Positions 1 to 12,187 are shown, numbered from the whole stretch's first letter. The stretch is DNA of 63,584 nt, filler included, from Perkinsus olseni (GCA_013115125.1; 6 parts of 6 records of this genome joined end to end with filler, not necessarily neighbours in it); one strand, 5' to 3'. Made by a program: numbers and translations. The notes: generated by a model not told the origin, from the sequence alone.

Positions 1-67
1 ACCCGGGCATCGATCCCGGTGCCTCTCGCTTGCTAAGCGAGCGCTCTACCATTTGAGCTAGTCCCCC
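1..67 (-). tRNA. tRNA-Ala(AGC), 3' end cut by the window edge
   Basis: Reverse complement GGGGGACTAGCTCAAATGGTAGAGCGCTCGCTTAGCAAGCGAGAGGCACCGGGATCGATGCCCGGGT; anticodon arm CTCGC-TTAGCAA-GCGAG; identical to the full copy at 1479-1551. Confidence 0.95.
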
Positions 68-93
68 ACACACCAACCAACGCTTGTCCCCCT

Positions 94-231
94 GAGGAAA
101 GGTACGGCTGAGGCACCCCTCTACCCCCTGCCCAATGTTGGGTGTCGCAGAAAGGCACAGGCGAGTCCGACGCAATCCTACAGCATCAACATTGTTCAGG
201 GGGAGCGGGGCTTGCCTTGAACGCTTCCCTC
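94..231 (-). ncRNA. candidate structured RNA: ~140-nt hairpin between tRNA-Glu and tRNA-Ala (second copy 1578-1715)
   Basis: Nested stems GAGGGAAG/CUUUCCUC, AGGCA/UGCCU, CCCCCUG/CAGGGGG, CAAUGUUG/CAACAUUG and UGUAGGA/UUCUGCG; the G-U pairs form only on the minus (tRNA-sense) strand. Confidence 0.45.
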
Positions 232-274
232 GAGTGATCCCATCGCTACCCGACCCAGGATAAATGCTCTTACT

Positions 275-347
275 TTCCGATGCAGGGACTCGAACCCTGG
301 TCGCGTGGGTGAAAGCCACGAATCCTAACCAGCTAGACTACATCGGA
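275..347 (-). tRNA. tRNA-Glu(TTC)
   Basis: 73-nt cloverleaf TCCGATG...CATCGGA+A; anticodon arm CGTGG-CTTTCAC-CCACG; T-arm CAGGG-TTCGAGT-CCCTG. Confidence 0.95.
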
Positions 348-570
348 GTCTCTGGGTGGCTCGCAATATTCGCTCAGCTATGATGCTGCGGCGGGTTAGA
401 GCAGAGGGTTGCTGCAAGACCGTCTTGCCGAGACAGCTTCGCGCGTGATCTCCCTGCGTCATCAGTGGTCTCAGTACTCACCGTCACTCGTGCGGAACTC
501 AGTACTCGCTCCTAGCTCCGAATCTCTCGGGATTAACTCAAAAAACCGGACGCTCGGCAACAACGACTTC

Positions 571-701
571 CTCACACTCACGCTCACTCACTCACAGTCA
601 CGCTCACTCACTCACTCACAGTCACGCTCACTCGCACACAGTCACATTCGTTCACACACAGTCAAGCTCATTCACACACAGTCACGCTCGTTCACACACA
701 G
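571..701. repeat. CA-rich minisatellite, ~20-24-bp unit (CACAGTCACGCTCACTCACT-like)
   Basis: About six degenerate tandem copies. Confidence 0.8.
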
Positions 702-1432
702 CACTTCCGCACTCAAATCGTGCATTATTAGCATGTCGGACAATCATTCTACCGTTCGTCAGGGCCACTTCGAAGGATGTTCGACCACTCGCGGAAGGTC
801 TGGTATGATAGTAAAGGCATGACAACTTCGGCTACCACTCGTTCCACAAATTCAGGCGGCAGGTAGGGGTTACACGACACCACTCAAATGTTCCGTGTCA
901 CCACAGTCGGTCCATGCACGGCAGTACCCCGCAACGAAACGCGAACTTACGCGCAGGTAGAGTGGCGTGGTGACACAGAGAGCGAAAACAATAAAGAAAC
1001 ATGAACATACATATCTTTTTTATTTTGAGTGGTGTCACCAATCACCACTGCTCATGTCTCAAACAACCTGCACGTCGATTTCACTGAGATGCAGCTGGGC
1101 AAGAGTCAACCCTAGCGGTGACACTGAAGTTCAGTGTAACCGCCTATGCGACCAATTCATGCAATCATACCACTTTTCTCCCGCATATATCAAAGCATAT
1201 GTCCCCGTTATCTTCAGCTATATGTATCCGCCGACCATCTGAGCTATATAGGACGCTGCTTGCTCGGACGGGCCTGCTACGATTCGAGTGATGATCAAGG
1301 GTGCGCCCAAACTGGAATAACTATGGACTAGGCTTCCATGATGATCGGTCCATCCACGAATGGGTCACTTAACGCAGGTGCGCGCGGCAGCCACTCCCTG
1401 ATCGCTTTTATTACGTACTGTCTCTGAGAAAA

Positions 1433-1457
1433 TGACGCCCGCGGGAATCGAACCTGC
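1433..1457 (-). pseudogene. isolated 3' tRNA fragment (T-arm plus 3' acceptor strand)
   Basis: GCAGGTTCGATTCCCGCGGGCGTCA followed by TTTT; no D-arm or anticodon arm upstream. Confidence 0.6.
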
Positions 1458-1478
1458 CTCGAATATGGTGGACGAAAA

Positions 1479-1551
1479 TGGAGAACCCGGGCATCGATCC
1501 CGGTGCCTCTCGCTTGCTAAGCGAGCGCTCTACCATTTGAGCTAGTCCCCC
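1479..1551 (-). tRNA. tRNA-Ala(AGC)
   Basis: Complete 73-nt cloverleaf with G3:U70 acceptor pair and AGC anticodon, followed by a TTTT Pol III terminator on the minus strand. Confidence 0.96.
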
Positions 1552-1718
1552 ACACACCAACCAACGCTTGTCCCCCTGAGGAAAGGTACGGCTGAGGCAC
1601 CCCTCTACCCCCTGCCCAATGTTGGGTGTCGCAGAAAGGCACAGGCGAGTCCGACGCAATCCTACAGCATCAACATTGTTCAGGGGGAGCGGGGCTTGCC
1701 TTGAACGCTTCCCTCGAG
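1485..1718. repeat. exact 234-bp duplication of positions 1-234 (tRNA-Ala plus its 5' spacer)
   Basis: Identical at offset 1484; the copies diverge immediately after CCCTCGAG. Confidence 0.92.
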
Positions 1719-1875
1719 CAGACCGACCACCCGTGGACCGTCACATCATGGAAAACCCGACCCTCGCATGCCTAGTGCATGCACATACGCCATTCCAGAC
1801 AGACAATCTCGAGGGATCCTCCACCAATCTATCAAAACACGAGAGTAAGTTTCGATTTAAGGAAACATCTTGCGT

Positions 1876-4800
1876 TCACGCGGTTGAAGCGTGATAATTA
1901 TCCATCAATCGCATGAATACCATGCCATCCATCCCACTCCTTTGGCGTTCGATTCCCTGTGCTCTCCATGTACCTCAAGAATAATTCACTCCGATCGAAT
2001 TAGGCACTCGTCTTGAAAGGGCTACCTTAGGAGAGCGCTAGCCGGTCCAGTACCGGAGCCTGCCTGTGAAAGCATCGTAACAGCCCTCTCCCAGTCGCCC
2101 TCCACGAAGCACGAAAATCCGCGGCGGAAAGTGTCCGCGAAGGGCCCAGATATACCTGATGCAAGCCCCCGCGTGGACAACACAGCCCCGTCTAGTAGGC
2201 ACGTCTCTACAACTCCGAGTAAGGGCGATCAGCACCTTCCTCAAAAGTAGGAGACTACCCACCGCGTGTCTCAATCAGTGATGTGACGTCAACGTCGACG
2301 GTGGATAAGTACTCTGGGAACTCGTCAACGAATACATTGTCTTCCACTTCGGCGAGATCTTCGGGCTTGATTAAACTCCCCAACTGAGTAGCCGCCGGCG
2401 ATAGGTCACCCTGAGCCTGCCGAAGCTCACCTTGTAGGTAACTGGAGTCGACGGGAGTCGTCCCGGTGCTGCTGTAGTGGGAGCAAGCACCAATGCGTAG
2501 ATACCGTGAGGATCCACTTTGGATTCCCCTAGTCGGACATAATCGACGAGCATGAACCTTTCCTTAGTGCGGACCTGGAGTCGCGAGCGGCTTACGATAG
2601 TAATAGCCGGTTCAGAGTAATACCGATGCCATGAAATAGAGCTTGCTGCTGGTCAGGATTGGTGCCTAGCATTTGAGGACATGCCTGGCGCCCTCCAACG
2701 TACGACTTTACGTCGTAGACTTTGGTGAGATCCTGTAGGGCTAAAGTCCGTGTGATATCAGGCCCGAGATACGTAGCATCGATCTTAAAGTCGCTTCCGA
2801 CAGGCCCCTCTATCGCCCATCCCACATGGAATGCTATACCGACATCCACCTGATACAGAATATGCCCATGAGACCGACAGACTGGTTGTTATACTACCGC
2901 GGCTATTGTACTTTGTAAGCTCGTTAGGGCGAATGGAGCGTCTCCCTGAACGTTAGCCTTTCCCTCAACAAGGAAGCTCTCAAGGGACTTTCACCTTGAT
3001 AGCGCTAGTTTCTCTGAGTAATAATCGCTGGAGTTCAGCTATCATCTTCATGCCACAGAAAAGTGCTCTGTCTGCCGTCTTGGATCGCTTTAGGACCACT
3101 TCCTACGTCTCACTGCGAATACAAACTTTTAGTCTGCAGCTCACGCTCTTTAGCTCCTGCTTGAGTTGAGGGTCGTGCTGGCTTTCTAGCTTCCATACAA
3201 GCAGAAAGCCGTTATCAATATTCTGGTTAGAGACTCCACCCCTGAAGAAGGGTGGGACTACCCGTAAGTTTGGTTTATCGTCCTCGAGTGGTATCATGAT
3301 GGAGCTGCGAGGGGGGCACATGAGTAAACCGGATGTGTAACCCATACCAGCGGTTCGCACAGCCGTGAACGATGGTCGCAACCTTGTTCATTAAAACCGT
3401 AACATCCTGACCGAGCATGTCAGCAAGAGTGGCCAGTCGCCTCATTCCCACGTAGGCGAAGATACCTACAGGGAATACTTTAACACGAATAATCCTGTTA
3501 GTTCCTGCACCCTAACCTTACCAAATATGCACCTTCCCGGCATCATGATGTTGAGCTCACCATCGCCGCTATTCATACTCTTGTTCACAATTTCTGCACC
3601 AGCTCTCCCGAAGCCCACCTACGTTGGATAGCGAGTTTCTGTCTGATACTGTCAGATGTGCTGTGTACAAGCAATAGACGACAAGAAGCTTGTAAGAGGG
3701 CGGATAAAGACGTCAAACCTGGAGGAGCCTGCCGATCTTCAGTATGGTATTTTCCAACATTCTGGTCTCGAGCTGGGGTCTGCCACTAGAATCCTCATCC
3801 TCGAACTTTCTTGTAGGATGGGCTGTCATATTCAGAGCTTGTTTCTCATCACCTGGAAACTCTACGAATTAGTTCAAAGGCTATATTCAGGACTTCGCTT
3901 ACCACAACCACGAGGCTCTTCACTATCTTGAACCTAGGCACGACAGCGTCAACAGAGGAGAGACGTGCAGCTCACAGTTGTACATCTGGTCTACGAAGAG
4001 GATCCTCAGCCAGCTGCTTAATTATGTTCACCATTTTCTCGATCGGCGCAATGACCAATTTCTGAGTGTCGTTCTGGAACTGTATGCTCAAGGTTGCTGA
4101 AAGAGACGGAAGACGACCCAGATAGCCGGGTGCTCTCTCGAGCGCGACAGATGAGAGAGAAGTTCAGCCCTGATATGTTAGCCGAGGGCTTCCCTCGATA
4201 GAAGAATGTACCATGTTGCCCTCTTCAGCGAGCTGAACAGGTCCCCAACGATACGATATACTGTATACTCGTGTTGGACTTGGACACCAGATTCATTGCT
4301 TGCAATTGTTGACGACACTCTCCCCATTGAAATTTTGGCGCTACCAATCCGCCGCTACTTTGAAAAATAGAGAGGGTTGAGTTACCTAGGAGGATGCAAA
4401 CGAAGAGCGTGGACAGCATGTCTAAGGCATTTGATCTCTGCTGCAGCGATTTGGTCTCAAATCGAGCATAAGCTACAGCTTTGCCACATCCGAGCCTGCC
4501 ATACATCAGTGGATCAGCATCAGATGAACCTGATGTGATCACTTCAGGTCTCGATGGGTTTAATGATCGGAAGCCTATACATTCAATGGGGCTATAGCTA
4601 TAAGTAGACATCTCCTCGTCCCGGTATGGACAGTTGGCCGATGGGCGGACCCCTGCACAGCTTGCCGTCTGATTCCACACTCCAAGCTCAGACTCAATCG
4701 ATACTATCTGAGATACAGTGCAGAATACCAGCACGGCTCTTGTGCAGATTCACATCTTTCAGCCTTCCACCGTTGGTGTAGTCCGGAGCTCTAAGCCAGA

Positions 4801-6350
4801 GTAACTTATATGGCGGATCTCCCTCCCAGTAACTACGCAGTGAGAGACGAGCACACACTCTCACAAGTTGCAAGTCACAAGATACACGAACCAGCCAACC
4901 TGTGCGCGTTACCCCTCATGAGTTGGATAGTAACTGGCCCTGAAGCTCGATCTCGAATACATCCATAGCATGTTCTTCCATCCAGCCTCTCCTATCCAGG
5001 ATGACCCTGGCTGCTGTACCTTACCCGTCTACAATCATAGCGAGCAGCCAGCCCCATACACAACCATTCCATCGCAGCCGAAGGATGCATTCCTCGACGA
5101 CCCGTTGCAGCGGCTTCGACCGAACCAATAGATCTGGGATAATCCGGTATAGAAGGACTGGTCTGACATCAGGATGAAGCAGACATATTCGTGTATGCAC
5201 TCAAAGTGGTCACTCGTCTCTGAGCTTTGTAGGAGTGGAAGCATGAACAACATGAGCAAGACACCGATGATAACTCTACGGGTCGTCTGTTCCGAGAGTG
5301 CCCTGCCTAGTCTAGACGCCTCTATGCGCTTCAGTGCGGCCTGACATATTGACCATTGCATAAGAGACTACTAGTTCTGATGAAGTCAACTCTGCACAAC
5401 CTGTTTAGCGTTCTGCGCAGCTCTCGCCTGAGCTTTCAATTTCTCCTCTTGGTCGGCATCCTGTGCCTTGGACACCATACTGTACCTGAGTCGATGATGA
5501 TAAGCCCCTAGTCCAAACATTCTTGCCATTAATATCTGTCTTACAGCTTGACAATTCTTATAAGCCGGATGAGTCGGACCAAGCGTACAATCCGAGCGGT
5601 CCCTAAAGTCATCGTCTTCACGACTAGGAACAAGACTGCTCGAAACCCACGAGCTCTGTCCAATCCTCCCGTAGAAGTTGTCTCTGCACCCTCCGATGTT
5701 CCGTTCATTATATATGCAAGTGCAGACATAATCCAGGGGATATCCGGGATGATTGAGATGGCCGAGATCAAATCAAGTACCTTGAAACCTTGGGGCGTAG
5801 AGTGGGGATTGATGGCAAAGGATGGACGCATACGAAGAAGAATCCCCATTTGTAATCGTGCTTAGCCACAGTGTTTATCAGGAACTCGATAACAAACATG
5901 AAGAGAGCAACTGCCTGAGACGAACGACAAGGTGAATCGACGCAGCAGGGCGTTTCCGTGTCCTTACGAATAGAGCGTAGAATATATTGTCAGCATCCTT
6001 ATCGAAGAGAGCTACACGGATATTATCACCCCAGAGGGCAAATATTGTGAGCAGAGTCATCACAACAGTCATAAATTTCCCATCGACGAAAGCTTCAAGG
6101 CTCTTGGCAGTGTCAGCTCCTACTTGACCTGGTACCAGATAGCAACCATCTCGCTCAAAGTCGGCTACTCGTTGCCAGATTACCATTCTCTTCCTCCTGC
6201 TCCCCGCCGTTGTCATCTGCGGCGGCATTCAATCCGTCAACCCCTCCACCCAGCCTTCTCTTGGCCTCGGCAAATGCCTGCATTTATGTTGAAAGAACGC
6301 GCCAAAGGAACTTCCACCGCCCCCCTGTATAATTATCAGATGCATCATTC
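1876..6350 (-). CDS. alveolate voltage-sensor/ion-channel-adenylyl cyclase fusion (AC-alpha-like), multi-exon, catalytic motifs degenerate
   Basis: Exons give FMTVVMTLLTIFALWGDNIR, S4-like ARIVRLVRLIRLIRIVKL, SRLGRALSEQTTRRVIIGVL, NQNIDNGFLLVWK, FHVGWAIEGPVGSDFKIDATYLGP and C-terminal GFSCFVEGDWERA and PKEWDGW. Start is approximate. Confidence 0.88.
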
Positions 6351-6678
6351 TGGTCTCTGTTTGCAGTCAACTTGATCCCACGTGACACATTTCTGGGAAA
6401 TTGAGCATAATTGGCTCCACGAACGTGCGGTAGAGCGAGTGTAGCCCTATTAAAACATGATGCTTGAATCAAGCAGCTTGATATCTAGAGGATATAGGCA
6501 TCTGACACAGTAGAGTCTGGCAAATACTGTATTTCAACCCCCAGAAGCCACCAATTGACCACACCACACTCAACTTTTTCCTCATCCTTCGAGTGAAACT
6601 AGGAAAAGGTACTCATCGTATCTGTTTAACCGTGACCGCGTGGAAGTGACATATGCGGCAGAACCCCTAGATGGTCTC

Positions 6679-7530
6679 CTAACGACCATTAGGTGCATCG
6701 TCACCCAGCGAGAACCCAGGAGCGAAGGTAAATCCGCCTGAAGTCGAAGGCAGCTTGTGTCAAACCACACTACAGCAGCCATGTACTCAGATCCATTGGA
6801 GCTTCGGCGTCGGTCGATCCCCCATCATCGTCATCATCATCCGGGTGTGCAAGCTGCATCTCATTCAATGCATCGAACATCTTTTGAAGGGTCTCCTCTG
6901 GGTTACTCGGGACAAGGCGTATCTGACGACCTATACGGTAAGCGAAGACTGCATCGATGCGTCTAGCGTGGACCAGGCACCAGACTGTCTTATGGCATCA
7001 CCTCTGGTGGGTCGTCCATCTCATCGTCATCCTCCGATACCTCTGGCTCCAACTGCAAGTAGAGGCATGGCTCTGGGATCTCATCGCCTGGACAGAGAAC
7101 TTGGATAACTCGCATTAAGATTTTTTGTCGCATTCTCACAAAGCTCAGTGGCCGTAGCATGGAGTTGGATGCTCTTATACTCGATACCAAGGCCAACTGC
7201 TTCGTTCTCAGCCGAGAGCCAGACGAACCTCTTAGACGTCATCAAGATGACCTGCCGGCATCAGACACTATGCATGCCTCAAGCCTTAATTAGATGCAAA
7301 GTATGCCTTGCTCGCTAACCTACCCCAGTCCCCAGACACGCATCTCCAACGTAGCAGCGGACTTGAGGAAACTGATCGACACCAGCGTTGACATCGCACT
7401 GCAAGCAGAACAGTACCCTGTGCATGACATGCTCATCCACTTGCCAGCAGAGCTCTTCAGGCCCAGACCGTTCCGTGATGAACGAGGCGCCAGGCGAGTT
7501 GATATCGACGACGGTAGACGGGCTTACCAT
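6679..7530 (-). CDS. CLNS1A: methylosome subunit pICln (Voldacs domain), multi-exon
   Basis: CLGTG...VILMTSKRFVWL...GIEYKSIQLHAT, PCLYLQL, an acidic tract and LQKMFDALNEMQLAHPDDDDDD match ICln motifs. Confidence 0.8.
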
Positions 7531-7763
7531 CGAACTAATAGCTAAACGCATTAGTCGTACGTTCAGAACGCCGCCACCCGCAAGTATCAGGCCGATTCGT
7601 CACATCCAACACCGCACTTCTCGTTACAAAGGAAGCAAGAGGTCACCCAGGAGTCCCGAATAGAACCTCAGTAATGATACGGTTATGATGGTGTATTTAA
7701 TGGAATAACATCTGACAGTGCTGTAAAGTGTATGTACACGTCGTCAAGAATTCGGGCGCGAAC

Positions 7764-8424
7764 CTAGACTTGGAAATCGACTAGTTTGTCACGGAGGTCA
7801 TTTTGAAGCTTCCATCGGTTGGCTCCTTTATCCTCATCGGCACCGCTGGTATTGATGACATTAGTATCACCCTCCAGTAGTGACACGACGTCCCTCGATC
7901 CATTGAAATTGACATTAACGTCTCCTTTCAGCAGCGACACTACGTCGTCCGACACATCCTGAAATAAAAGTGGGTTATAACGCAGCTGAAGAAGAGCCAA
8001 TACTACTGGTTTGGCCGCATCATCATACGATGTCGCCTTCTGTTCAAGGGATACTCCCCGCGCTGGTAGTGCTGCTTCGACAAGCCTCTTCTTGAGGTAC
8101 CGATTCTCCTCCTCTAATCCAGCTATTCTCTGCTGGTAACCCACGCACAGATTTCCCGCAGTCAGTATGTGATACCTGACACAGAATACCGTAGGAGAGA
8201 ATAACGGCGGTCATACATTACATTGTGAACATGGTACACAATCCCATTATAAGGAATAAACTCCCTCCTAACTTCCTCTCACATTTTGACTGTCGGTATG
8301 CGTCAGATATTACCCCGAGATACCGGAGAACCTTCCAATAGAGAGTTCTCCAAACTCTATGAGTCTTACGCCGTAAAGATCGCCCCCGCTCAGCATCAGG
8401 GTCGGTTACAGGAAGAAGGTCCAT
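7764..8424 (-). CDS. hypothetical membrane/coiled-coil protein
   Basis: Two ORFs joinable by a short intron; one hydrophobic segment, then IAGLEEENRYLKKRL; internal duplication DVVSLL(K/E)GD.NV. Confidence 0.5.
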
Positions 8425-8538
8425 GAATCATGCAAGTGAAGAAAGCAAACTGAAGAAGCTTCTCACATGACGCCACCAACGACCATGTAACCCGGGCCAC
8501 CAGTAGCGTGTGCCATGAAACAAATTCTGCTCGAGCAG

Positions 8539-10580
8539 CTAATCCGTCCAATCATAGATATCATCAGGATGCTTCGCATACCTGAAATACCAGTAGTTTT
8601 GTTGAAAATACTCCAGATAATAGAGCACTATCATGAGAACAGAATGATTGGCAGTTTGCCTTATATGACCTGTAGTACGTCCCCGTAGGTGCTCCCATTA
8701 TGGAGTACGGCCTGCCATAGTTCTGCAACATCAACTGAAATGATGATCACATGTTTCAAGCATGATGAGTTCACGCGTCGTACCTTATCGTCAGCTTGGA
8801 TCGCTGGTGCATTCTTATTGGGCACTTCTTCTCCGGATCGTAAGGAAATGACCGAGGCGTCAGTGCTACTGCTACCAGACGAGATAACAGCGAATTCGAA
8901 GTCATCTGCCTGAATCATTGTGTTATTGAACAACATCGGAACCAGTAGCACAACGTGATGCAACTCACTCTCCAGTTCGCAGCGATCTTGTTGTTGTGTT
9001 TAAATCGGCTCATCATTTCACGATGGTGCGTGAAGTAATCGACCCCAGTACAGTCCTTTATGTAATCTACCACACTTTCCGCGTCGAACTGCCCAATGAG
9101 GTCTACCGTTGCCGAGGAATCCACAAGAGACTGCAGAACCTGGATGATGTCGATACGCGGCCGCCGTCATAGCTCACTCAAGTTGGTCTCACCTTTCTTA
9201 CGTATCGATATTCGAAGAAACGCAAGAAGTGGAAATGCTTATCCTCCGCGAGCAAACGCGCATGGAACGGCATAAGTGGGAGCAGCTGAGGGGCGAATGT
9301 CCTCTTGGGGTTCATGGATACCATGGACCTCGTCGATTACTATAAACTGAAGATGTATTTGCATTTGTGAAGGAGGGTAGTTAAAACCAGACATGCCATA
9401 GGTATCGATGAAGTACCTGAATGCACTCCTGCCTGTTGCTCTATTTACACATAAGATTGATCGGCACCCTGGGTCACGCATAATCTCATTGACGACTGAA
9501 GGACTGAAGAGCTTCTTGACGAAGTCGGGGTTTGATATAAATTGTGACATGGCGACATCCCTTGCAACTCGATAGAGGGACTGAAAGAGGTTGAGGGACT
9601 GGAGAGCGAGACTAGCCCAACCACGCTTCCGAAACTTGCCCACGCAAAGTTGCAGTTCCTCCGATCCCGTGAACGAGCATTCTTGGGATGAAAATAAGAT
9701 AATAGCGAGGAGAATTGACGCACCGATGTCATCGGAGCGAGCAAGAACGCGGGAAAACCACCAGCAATTCAACTGCGTCACAACTTCTGAGGACTCTGTG
9801 TATGTAACCGTATGATTAAGCCCTGAAGCGTATGAAGTTGCATGCTTATCTCGATCCAGTACTGCGGGAATTCCGGGTTGGTCTTACTCGCTGCCGTCGC
9901 TACTCACGAAACACACGCATCGAATTGAGTCCTACTACTACCTCCATGATATCAAGGCCTTCTCTTGGACGAGTCAGCAACCACCGCCAGTCGGGTAAGT
10001 AATGTTCGGTAGGTATAACATTCAGATGACATGGGCTAGACGCCAACAAATCATCATAGCATAGAAACGATGAGGACTGAATTTGGATCCCAAAGATCGT
10101 GATGCAGCCTGGTTACAGCAGGAGGACTCGATCACTCACTTGAGCCCGTATTGGTATCGTGAGAGGATACTTCGAAGTCTTCTCAACCCCCAACATGAAA
10201 CACATCATCACGTTATCGGTATATGACTTGGCTGTGTCTTTGATATCTCCCGAGCAACTATTACCTAAAATAACATCTAGGGGCAATCCTTCTAGAATGT
10301 GCTCCTTACAAACATCAAGAGTAAGTGCACATGCCTTGCCACAAGCTCTGCATATCTTGACCTCATTATGTAGCATAGCCTCAGCCTTGTGCTGAGATGC
10401 TGCTGATTTGAGAGACGCCAACAAATCGTCAGCCGTACCGGGGAACCTTGCGACTCCCAGCCATGCAACAGAGAGCTTCGTTCGACACCTCGAGCTACCT
10501 CGGGCCACACGTAGCGTCGTTCTGCCATGGTATAGCAGGCCAGCGGCCATGCTTGGCTCCTGCTAGATAGGATATACATG
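8539..10580 (-). CDS. conserved hypothetical protein with CxxC motif and HIT/DcpS-like motif, multi-exon
   Basis: KICRACGKACALTLDVC at the N-terminus; GFNYPPSQMQIHLQF resembles DcpS HYxPSYYHLHVH; GT-AG introns link the exons. Confidence 0.55.
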
Positions 10581-10749
10581 TACCATCACCACTAAGGTGA
10601 TGTTGGATCGCTGTTCGCATGCAAATAATACGGCGAGAAACATCACACGATAGGTCAGGCCATCATAATAAACCAAATACAAACTATAGATATACACGAA
10701 ACGGGGTTCAGCATCAGAAATGACATGAAACAGGCACAGTATCGACCGA

Positions 10750-11486
10750 TCAAGTAGATCTACTTCTCAAATATTGTATCTTCTCCGCTACTCTATCCAC
10801 GTTGTCATTTAATTCATCTTCAGCTAGATGGGTCCCTAGAACAAGCAGCAGCCAGTGAGAGCTGGAAGTCTACAATCACTATTATTGTAATTAACTTACC
10901 TATGCATCGTGTGGCGCAGGCCACAGCAGCTTCGTCACCCTTACTAACATCTTCCAATGCAACACACCTATTCACACACGTAACGAGGTTATTCAGTAGT
11001 AGATCATGCTCCACTTCAACGGCATCATTAACTGCGTGCATAGGGAGCTCACAACTGACACAGTATATTCCGAAAGCGATACCGATGGATCTGAGCAGCT
11101 CACGATTCAATACACTTCTCGATTTTGACGCATTCTTCCTCTGTCATTCGCCATGGGTCTCCACTCCTGACAGTGTCGAAGCACCTTGAGATGCCTAAAG
11201 GGGCGATTATAGGCACTTGAGGCGCCAAGGAATTACAACTTGATATCCCCTTCTGCAATGGCAAGGCTATTCGGCTTACGCGAGCTGTCATATCTTCTAT
11301 CCGACGTTCGGCGTCATTCAATACGGCCTATTAGGTTCTTGGAACGTATAGGCTAACGCTGCCGATCAGCCTTACCTCCTCATCGGTAGCGAATCCACAC
11401 GAGTCGCCGTCAAGGATGGCAAAGGCCTCCTGGCCAGATCCCTGAGTGGCCGACGATGTCGTCGAGGAACTCCACCAATAGTCCAT
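10750..11486 (-). CDS. FAM136A/DUF842-like twin-Cys helical protein
   Basis: Spliced peptide SRCFD...KIEKCIES-CELPMHAVNDAVE...LVTCVNRC...VACATRCI has the Cx3C pattern of the family. Confidence 0.6.
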
Positions 11487-11666
11487 AGCTAATCAAGCTG
11501 CCACTTGCAAACTTTTCTGCCGGACCTTCGAAACTGTTTTGATGCTGCAAGAAATCATTTCGAACTGTCACTCGCTGGAAGCCATACGATCCAGAAAGGA
11601 GAACCGCTGCACCGCTAAGATCATTCTTCACGTAAACTTCGAGATACCTCCTTTGAGACAACACGC

Positions 11667-11667
<1 letters not shown>

Positions 11668-11736
<69 letters not shown>
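11668..11736. repeat. (AAC)n microsatellite at contig end
   Basis: Perfect trinucleotide run up to the gap. Confidence 0.95.
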
Positions 11737-11836
11737 NNNNNNNNNNNNNNNNNNNNNNNNNNNNNNNNNNNNNNNNNNNNTTAATTAATTAANNNNNNNN
11801 NNNNNNNNNNNNNNNNNNNNNNNNNNNNNNNNNNNN
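11737..11836. other. artificial contig linker (N-TTAATTAATTAA-N); also at 23569-23668, 35399-35498, 47228-47327 and 59024-59123
   Basis: Identical 100-nt spacers with a six-frame stop motif; enclosed contigs are 11732, 11730, 11729 and 11696 bp. Confidence 0.97.
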
Positions 11837-12187
11837 TGCAGGGCTCTGCCACGACTTACAATAAGTACCCCACTTCGAGTCCTTGCAACCGTCGATACCA
11901 TTGCAAACACCCTCGCATGTAGTCACCGGATATTCAGCACATTGGACAGGCTCCAATACCGAGTCGTCACAATCGGTAGCGTCGCTTCCGGGCTGATAGC
12001 ACTTCGATTCACCCTTGTGGTAGAGGCCAAAGCAGAGCCCGTTGTCTTTACAGTATGACTGATCACAGCCAGCGGTCTGAGTGCACATCTCCTCGCAGTA
12101 GTCACCGGTAGGCATGGTGTCTTCCGAAACTGAGGTACCGAAGCCGACAACAACCTCGAAGATCACTGCAGCAAGAGCGACGCGCAT
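11837..12187 (-). CDS. secreted cysteine-rich repeat protein, truncated by the gap
   Basis: Signal peptide MRVALAAVIFEVVVG, then a repeated C-x3-C...GC...(S/T)YCK module (CFGLY follows in the complete first copy). Confidence 0.75.

Noticed and set aside
409-822. 137-aa ORF, and the poly-Thr, poly-Leu and poly-Val ORFs at 11539, 24585 and 35516
   Set aside because: They arise from satellites or from the antisense strand of repeats.
11737-11836. Biological meaning of TTAATTAATTAA or of gene neighbourhoods across gaps
   Set aside because: Assembly linker; the contigs are size-sorted and unrelated.
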